In this document: one piece after another, positions 56,162 through 64,000 of the stretch
Numbering within the stretch: position 1 is the stretch's first letter
Layout: each line of letters starts with the position of its first letter
DNA from: Bigelowiella natans CCMP2755
Lineage: Eukaryota; Protista; Cercozoa
Length of the DNA stretch: 64,000 bases
Direction: 5' to 3'
NCBI GenBank assembly: GCA_000320545.1
Contig: ADNK01001279.1
Location: 1-64,000, forward strand
Program-made: the position numbers and the translations under genes
Notes under the pieces: model-generated
Told to the model about the DNA's origin: nothing
Database searches by the model: none
Seen by the model: the letters and a program-made list of their open reading frames with translations, nothing else

Positions 56162-57090
56162 ATGCTACCCTTCTTCGCAATGATGCTCTTTGTCTCCAGC
56201 TTTCATTCTTCAGGTTTCCCTGTAATCAATGATTGCCCTCTCCCTTGTATTCTAACATGCACAACGCCAGGTGCCTCCAGCGTCGCCTCAAGATCGCAAA
56301 GTTTAACAACTGTGAGTCTCTTGAAAATTCAGAAATTAAATCCTGGCGTTGATCTGTCGAGAGATGTAGCAAAAAATAGACTCGGACTTGTTTTATGTAT
56401 AAAATACTATAATTTCTATTTTCTTAAGATCATAGCATCAATGTAATCTCCAGGAGAGAAATCAAGCTATGACAAATCACTCTCGCATGCGAGTGGAATC
56501 TCAAACGCAGCTAAAACTGGGTGCTCTTAAGGCTGAATTGCACAGACTTGAATCGTAAGTGAAATCAACACTACCAGTGAAAGAATGGTGATCGATAGGA
56601 TTGTACTCATTAGGGCTGTAGAAGCAACTCTAGAGAATCTTAAAGTCGGGGGTCCAGGTGAAGAAGTCAACCCTGCTGCAAGTCATAGCTCTCAAGCGGT
56701 CGATACCTCTTTTTAAGAAGCGTATAATTCATTCCAGCACTATTTCCAATCTAAATGTTCCCAATTAACAAACAAGGTTGACCGAATGGCGATCAGCGCA
56801 GTGGAATCAGTGGCAGATGACCCATTGATTCAGAAAGGCGAAGCAGACGGGGGTGCACAATTTGAAACCGGTCGGAAAGCTTACGAATTGTTTTATGACG
56901 TCTTCGATAACCAATGTTAATTCTAATTGTTTTGATTAATTCTAATTGTTTTGATTACGTCATGTGCAATATAGATGTCAAAGTAGCCGAGGAACTCGCG
57001 CGTCATGCTCCACCCGTCGAAATTGACCTAAGCTCCTTGAAAGATGCCGACAAAAAAGATGGCGACAAGAAGGAAGGTGAAAAGAAGTAA
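56162..57090 (+). CDS. Small hypothetical, possibly secreted protein (multi-exon)
   Basis: MLPFFAMMLFVSSFHSS signal-like exon, coiled-coil exons (QLKLGALKAELHRLES, AVEATLENLK), and a last exon ending DKKEGEKK* at 57090. Confidence 0.5.
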
Positions 57091-57711
57091 GGTGAAGCCA
57101 AGAAACAATAAAACGGATGGAGAAAACATAAACGGAAGATATTTATCGAGTACATGTGAGAAAGATGGCTATTCTGTTTGGGAAATACGAAATGCTGAGT
57201 ACCGATCCCATCAATGCCTTTCGACATCAGGGCCATGCATCGATTCATAAATGTAAGCAATGTGATCAAAGTGATTGATTGCATGTACACTGAGACAACA
57301 TCATTTACTCTGTATGTACACGTACACGTGTGAACATGTACATTTGTGTACCTCATGTTGGCATATATGCGTTGCCTTTGTCAGTGACCGCGAAAGCATC
57401 GTAGCGCTGCTTGGCTGTACGTGCTTGTTCGCATTGTCGTGTGCATGTGCGTGCATGCATATCAATTTGATGCCATGCACGTGCACGAGTGAACATTGTT
57501 GCGTTTTCGGTGGATGCAATGCAATCTGAAGCTCCATGCTAGCATGGGCGAGCCAGCCGAGTACGCAGGTGCTGGCATGCAAATATGTGAAACGTGACAC
57601 GCAGCAGCGCAAGTGGCAGCGATGCGCACGCCGCTTCGCATTTTCATGCAACTATGCAACTATGAATGATATCACAACAGTATTGAAAGAGCACAATTAA
57701 AGCTGACATAA

Positions 57712-57795
57712 GCGCTGTGGTCGCAACGTTGCATAGCTAGCTACATCAGGACGATATAATTGAAAAAAATTAATTCATTCATTACATCCGTCTCA
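57712..57795 (-). repeat. Copy of the dispersed repeat overlapping a stop codon
   Basis: Reverse complement TGAGACGGATGTAATGAATGAATT...TTCAATT...GTCCTGATGTAGCTAGCTATGCAACGTTGCGACCACAGCGC. Confidence 0.85.
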
Positions 57796-60131
57796 TCTTT
57801 GCCACCAGCTGCGACGTCGGTCTTCGAGTTTTTTCTTTCGCATATAATTTGCCATTAAGGATCTCTCTGCAAAACGTATTAAGGCGTATCTTTCTGCCAG
57901 TTCCTGATTTTCGAACGTGGTCAGAGAATCATAATTGGCTGGATTCCAAAGCATTGCTTGCATCCGGAATGCCTCTAGAATCTCATCCTTAGAAGGATCT
58001 GGCGGGGGCTCTGGGAGACCCAGAATCTCATATGGAAGCCGCAAATTCCTCCAGTCGTTGAGGATGAAAGATAGGCTGGGGGAATCAGGTTGACCTGTAA
58101 TATCCTTTTTGATGCTTTGTTCTAGTTACACATAAGTAAATACGAACATGTGTATCAATAACGAGAAAGTGGGAGAATAGTTATTCTAAGCTTCTGCTGC
58201 CCTTTTTGAATTGGCTGCCCTATGCTATAGACATCTATAAATGGCATTCACCTCTTCCCATATTACTCAATCAAATATCTTAGGATACAAATGACCTACC
58301 GCCGGTTTGGTGTTGGTCCGGATGGATGCTTTTGAACCACATCCGCCATTGATCATCCACCGACTTCTGGCCTGATGATGCGACGGCTAGATCTAGCACA
58401 CGCCGTATCTCAGTTTGCCAGTGCTGGTCTCGGTCTGTGTTTGCGTTCCTCATCGCGTTCATTGCACGCCTCCGCTCCTCCTGGTTCCAGAATGCTTGTC
58501 TTTCGTTTTGATATCTGCAAGATATTATGCCAGAAATTTAGACCCTTCACTTAAGAGCGCAAATTTAGTGGCAATAATATGTTGCCCATGGTAGTAGTCA
58601 AAAGTGTACTTACAGAGAGGCAAGTCGGTATCCAAGGAAGCCCCCTATAGCTCCGAACACTAACCCAGATGATACCAGGTACATTGGTGCTTGGTCGAGT
58701 AAATTGTACAGCGACATAAGTGACGCTGATGCGAGTAGCACCGTCCCTCCACTAGTGAATGCAAACTTTTGCCAGCCCAAATGATGCGCCATCCCTTTCA
58801 TTGCCACCTATTGAGGATAATATGCACTCATCATACAATATACACCACCATAACCACAACCACCTCCACCTCTAACGACATCTGACCCACCTTTCCTGTG
58901 ACCCCATTGATGAGAGCTGTTCTTTCATCTTGCCCTGCTAATCCCTGGAACCTTACGACCCAAACTGGAAGAAGCAGCACTCCTCTATCATCGAGCTTCA
59001 AATCCGACGGTTCGAATTGTAATTTTGTAACCTTGAATTCATCAGGAACTCCTAATTCACGCGGATTCACAGCATCTGTTAGCCGACGCCCCCAGAATTT
59101 CATGTCTGGTCGCGAGCGCAGGTAGGTCAGAGCATGCTTCACGATCTCAGCGTATACTTTCTCAGTTTCGTGGACAAAGGCTTTGAATGCGAAGGATGGC
59201 TTCATTTCGAATGGGTGCATATGGACTCTGTGGAGTGGAAGTTCTGGGCCGATGTTTAATGATGAAACTGATGAGGAGGATGAAACTGGACGATGCTTGG
59301 AGAATTCGACGAGCGGCATCGCTGGATATTTTGAGGTGTCATGATCAATAAATAAGCAATCCACTAAAAACCGTGGGTATTGGAATCCGGCAAATACCCT
59401 GGTGCGGATAATGGTGCTATCACCACTACCACCATCATCTACTGTAGATGATGAATCTGAAACAGCTACACGATCTCGAATGCCATAGCAAGTGTACCAA
59501 TCCATCGTAGTTTTTTTCACAACGTCATTCACTGCGGCGCGGTGTACAAGAGTAGCTGCGCCGCCGCTGGAAAGCATTGCCAAAGGAATCGCAGCGAGCC
59601 AAGTCGGCAGGTTATTCTCGATGATTTTTTGTAGCAACCCGACTTTGCGCTTCGATATCTCGGATGAAGAAGACTGTTGATGATCTTCATGGTGAAGGCT
59701 GCTGTATGTCTGTAATTTTAATTCGAAATTATTTACAAGTATAGTGCTTGTCATACCCCAATATATTATTCACCTTGTTCAGAGAATTTATTTCATTGCC
59801 ATCCATGCTCCTTGAGACACTGTAGCCTACGCTACCGTTGTAGGTGTAGTTGTATGTCATCTTGAAGTGGTAGAATGGTAGGAGATGTGCTTCGCAAGTG
59901 ATGCATTTCCTCATCTTGGCGTTAACGTCATTCTCTAATATCTTCAAAATCTCTCTAGTAGAAATGTACAATGAAGCAATCAACTCACACACAAACCCAG
60001 TTTAATGGACAGTGACCAACCTTTTCGAGGTTTGAAACGGTACAACCCATGGAGCACTCGGGATTCGATGTGCACGAGACATTTCCCTGGCTCCTATGGT
60101 CCGTTTGGCCCTCTTCGAGCCGGTCCTCATT
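57793..60131 (-). CDS. Membrane protein with a C-terminal degenerate J-like domain (multi-exon)
   Basis: N-terminal region with WVVPF, HLLPFYHF and VLLLPVWVVRF...ALINGVTGKV, then two hydrophobic helices (58807-58610). C-terminal PYEILGL...PSKDEILEAFRMQAMLWNPA...ERYALIRFAERSL resembles a J domain with HPD replaced by NPA. Confidence 0.6.
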
Positions 60132-60265
60132 CACGAAAAGAAGCCGTGGAGATGGAATCCATCCAGATCTATCCCTTCGGAACTGTCGACTGACGACAAC
60201 TTATTGTTCCTATTTTGAAAGTGCGACAACGAATTATATCTCGATAATCATGTCGCAACCATAAA

Positions 60266-61582
60266 ATGCCAATCACATTAATAAGTGTTGGGTCAGTCCA
60301 TATCCGGAACAACCTCCCGCTCTCCTGCACGGCCATCCCCCGCGCAAACGTATTTCCTTGTTCAGCAACGATGTTTCCCGGGATGCTACCTGTGAAAATG
60401 TCGAAGTTTGAGAAGAATGTGCAAATTGGCACTATAAGTTCAACGCTTAGCTTGAAGACTAAAGCTTGCATGTAAGTACACATGACAAAAAATAAATGTA
60501 CGTCTGACTGAGCGACTATTTGTGAAGGTACATCGAGCTTCTTCTTGAAAAGCCTAAGTCGGTAGGGGTCCACGTCAGTTCCTGTGCTGTCGGGGGCGAA
60601 GCTGCAGGGTTTACACTGCCGTTTACAGGCTGGCTGAATGGATGTACTGTGCAAGAGATAGAAACAATGACTGCCCTTTCTGGCCTCACGAAAATAGGGG
60701 GCCTCGAAAAGGAAGACACTGACTTTAAAAAGACTGGAGAAATAGGTATGTGAAGTACAAAGTTTTTGTATTTGCTTCTAAAATGTGAGTAGAAATACGT
60801 TTCCGATTTCTCTCTTTCCGGCGGCGGAATTAGCTTTGTCACAATACAATCCTTCTCCTAAACCATCGTAATGCACCATCTCAGGAATCGTCATAGATGC
60901 AATTGGAAAGAAAGTGGGGAATGTCACCCAATGGATATGTAATTTCTTCTCGCAAACACCCATGGTGTTAAAAAGCAGTGATACCGAGCTAGATATGAAA
61001 ATTCTCCATCTTCGGAAGGGGGGGCATCCGACCCCCATTGAGCAGCCGTGTGAGGTGTTCTATCGAATCATGGATCAGGCTGGCATGAGACTGTGTGTTC
61101 AGCTTTTACACCACTGTACTGATAAGTTCTTCGAAAGATGGACCCAAGCGAGTGACTTCGGGAAATTTGTTGCTCGACTGATTTACTTTGTGAAACGGTT
61201 CGGTTCCGATAAGTGCAATCTGCACTCGGTTCCCGAACTCGCTGCGGTTATCCTGGAAAGACTTGCTTCGCGTTCTTCCCTTGTTCTTGGATGGCTTGTG
61301 GATATGGGATTTGCTTCTGGCCTCACAAAAACTCTTAAAACGATGGAAAAGGAGACAAAGGAAAACAAGAATCTAAATGACTATATTGCATCCTTACTTC
61401 ATGCCATTCAGAACACAGAGAAATCCTCGTCCACAGATTCCTCCTCAAGTGTAAATAATCCTCTGAGAGACTATCTTGCCATCATGGAAAGCCAGGGGAA
61501 AAGAAAACCTTTAGAGAATGAACAAAAAAAAAACAAGAAAAAAAGCAAAAAGAAGAAGAGGAAGCCGAGGCCAACTCGTTAG
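60266..61582 (+). CDS. Hypothetical protein, 3 exons, basic NLS-like C-terminus
   Basis: In-frame splicing of ...LKTKAC/MYIELLLEKPK...KTGEI/GIVIDAIGKKVGNVTQW... ending KKSKKKKRKPRPTR*. Start uncertain (60266 or about 60371). Confidence 0.6.
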
Positions 61583-62104
61583 CTTGCACTGCATTAGTGT
61601 CCATGCTTGATGAAAGCGACAGTGTAGAGTTTCCCTCTTTGAATGCATGTAGATGAAAATTTAGTGACAAAAATCATGGAAATGAGCATTCAGAACACGC
61701 AGCAGCAAATTCACATTCCCATGTGCAATGTGGCATCATACAGTGCACGAAGTGCAGTGCCTCGAACTAGCTTCAGTGAGGTCTAGCTGGCAAAACCAGC
61801 AGGTTTTTGAAATTGGCCATCTGGCCTTTGTGGAACAATTTGGCCATCAGCAGTCTGGCGTCGACGTGGGGCACCCACTCTGAGTGAGAAGTTCCCAACA
61901 AAGGCCACAATGAACAATGAACAATGATGATGAACTGCACTTCCAAAACGTTGCAAGTTGCTTGCAGGGTGCGAAAGGCAGTCTACCTCGAACCAGCTTT
62001 GGCCACGTCTGTCCGACGGTCCTGTGCACGGAGAAACAATGAAACAATCATGCAATGATGAGAAACTGCACTTCCAAAACGTTGCAAGACATCGAAAAAC
62101 AATG

Positions 62105-62230
62105 GACATGCAATGCACAATGTGCATGTAATGCATAGTGCATTGCTGTGTCCATCATGAGTATACTCATGATAGACATGCAATGCACAATGCACACGCA
62201 ATGTGTAGTGCATTGCTGTGTCCATCATGA
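62105..62230. repeat. 56-bp direct duplication (period 70 bp) differing only by transitions
   Basis: 62105-62160 vs 62175-62230. Confidence 0.9.
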
Positions 62231-62410
62231 AAACTGACAAAGAAAGACCAAGACGCGCGATCGCTCGCACGTGCGCTAGTGCGGGCGGCACGCCACGGGC
62301 GCGCGGGCGCAATCGCGCGTACATCACCACCACAGCATTTGCAAACGTGAATGACATCATCCCAGAAACAAACAAAGCCAACTGGCCATGTGAGTGCTGT
62401 GTCCGTAATG

Positions 62411-62534
62411 TTCTAGCATTGCACAGCTACATCAAGATGACTGTTGGAAAAATGCAATCATCAAATTACATCCGTCTCACAGCTGGTGCTGATGACTGTT
62501 GAACAAATTTAATTGATTAATTACGTCCGTCTCA
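62411..62534 (-). repeat. Two copies of the dispersed repeat
   Basis: ATTACATCCGTCTCA ending at 62479 and ATTACGTCCGTCTCA ending at 62534, each with an upstream GATGACTGTTG block. The first also carries CATTGCACAGCTACAT. Confidence 0.85.
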
Positions 62535-63003
62535 CAGCTGTGTCACTCGTCGTCCATTGTTCTTGACTCATCTTGACCACTGCTGATGGATGGCAGATGT
62601 AGCTGCCATTGCGCTAGTGTGTACACCCATAGATGATTACCGACATTGCATGCCTTACATCATATGCCCTATTTACAACGTGCAAGCATGTACCTTATTC
62701 TGCTGCATCATTGTGCAATGTGCTAGCGATCGCATCAGTGCAAACAAATGTAATACGTCACGCTATGTGGTGTAGAGTCTAATCTCAAGTCTGCAAAATG
62801 TCGCACTCATACAGGATCATAACGGCAGCTATGCACGCAATGAGTCAAGCTTTCGAAATGTTGGTCAACTCTAGAACTTAACTCGAACATTGGCATGCTT
62901 CAGGATTCTGACCTCAATTCAATATGTACTACAAATTACATACGGCACGGGAACATATAACTAATGCAAGATCCTAGTACAAGCGATCGTTGTTGCTAAG
63001 AAC

Positions 63004-63763
63004 CTAAGATAAGACATTCTTGACTCGTTTTGTTACTATATCTTTAGCTACAACGCGTGTGTCCAGGCTAAGTCGAAATCCCTTTGAAATATTTCTTGAA
63101 GCCTGCAAGAATTGGATTAATTATATGCGTCATCATTACAGACTGAAACATAAATGGGTTCCATGAGCGAGTACCAAGAAAAGAGCATGCAAACCAATAA
63201 AGGGTGCTATTTGGGGTGTTATCATTTCCATACGCGATGTGAAATCAAAGAAGTGATAAATAGTACCGCATGCACAGTCTTTATGTTGAACATGATCAGA
63301 TCCCCAGGATTGATACGAGGCGCGAGCAGCCACTTCGGATTAACTGCTCTCTTGCCGTCATTGTTACTGTCATTGTTACTAAAATCATCGCAACTACTTC
63401 TATGGCGCTTCTTCCCTATCGTACTAACTTTCTTCTTCCGCGACTGACGATTTCTTCTAGTCCGAGCATGCTGTTTGTACTCTGCTGGAAGGAGACCTTT
63501 CATTTATGTGCGTGCATGTGTGCATGTGTGTGTGTGTGTGTCGTAGGATAGACGTTCAAAGAGAAGATCCATGTGGCAGATTGGCTGTATATCATGCGAT
63601 GAAACGCTAAATGTTGCGAAGGAATCATTATCGTCGCCACCGTAAGCAACAACAACAACAACAACAACAACCTAATATAAACACCACACCATTGATTGGA
63701 AGCTTGTATCCTTTGAGAAAATGTGTCCGGGGTTGAATGGCCAGCGTTCCCTGACATCATCAC

Positions 63764-63798
<35 letters not shown>

Positions 63799-63940
63799 AT
63801 AACAACAAAAACAGGATATAGGAAGACTGCATATGACTCAAGTCGAAGGTGGGCTATTGGTACTATTATTACCTGAGAAGGTTCTACTTGTCCAAGGGGT
63901 ATCCAGCACGTATACACAGGCAAAGCCTTCGTGTGATTAT
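63004..63940 (-). CDS. Phytanoyl-CoA dioxygenase-like (PhyH family) 2OG-Fe(II) oxygenase, 3' part
   Basis: Exons VYTCWIPLGQVEPSQ / GTLAIQPRTHFLKGY / ...WLLAPRINPGDLIMFNIKTVHA / ASRNISKGFRLSLDTR...VLS* (stop at 63004) match PhyH motifs WxPLxD, GxL..xxSH, GDxxxF...xxH and RxSxDxR. Confidence 0.8.
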
Positions 63941-64000
63941 GGAAGAGAAGAAGGACGATATTATTAGAATCTCAGATTGCAAGAGAGAAGAGGGAGGATG

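Overview
Gene-dense eukaryotic nuclear DNA with GT-AG introns, many packed with microsatellites. It is most likely from a chlorarachniophyte/cercozoan (Rhizaria), because it carries an intronless ubiquitin-actin fusion with a Ser at the ubiquitin junctions. Recognisable genes: importin-5 (3' part), ubiquitin-actin, a DUF4140/DUF4139 protein, an EF-hand protein, an F-box protein, a divergent Mo25/CAB39-like protein, a Golgi-type sulfotransferase, a BAG-domain + small heat-shock (HSP20) fusion with a heat-shock-element-rich promoter, a CPA1 Na+/H+ exchanger, a lipocalin, an AlkB-like and a PhyH-like 2OG-Fe(II) dioxygenase, a membrane protein with a degenerate J domain, and several hypothetical genes. 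Three signals stand out. (1) The BAG-HSP20 fusion. (2) A dispersed ~75-90 bp double-hairpin element (TGAGACGGATGTAAT...TGTAGCTGCGCAATGCTGCGGCTACAGCGC), with about 11 copies lying downstream of gene 3' ends and co-oriented with a flanking gene; one copy supplies a stop codon. (3) Blocks of apparently CpG-deaminated DNA confined to spacers downstream of genes. Exon structures were read by eye and are approximate; no database searches were run.
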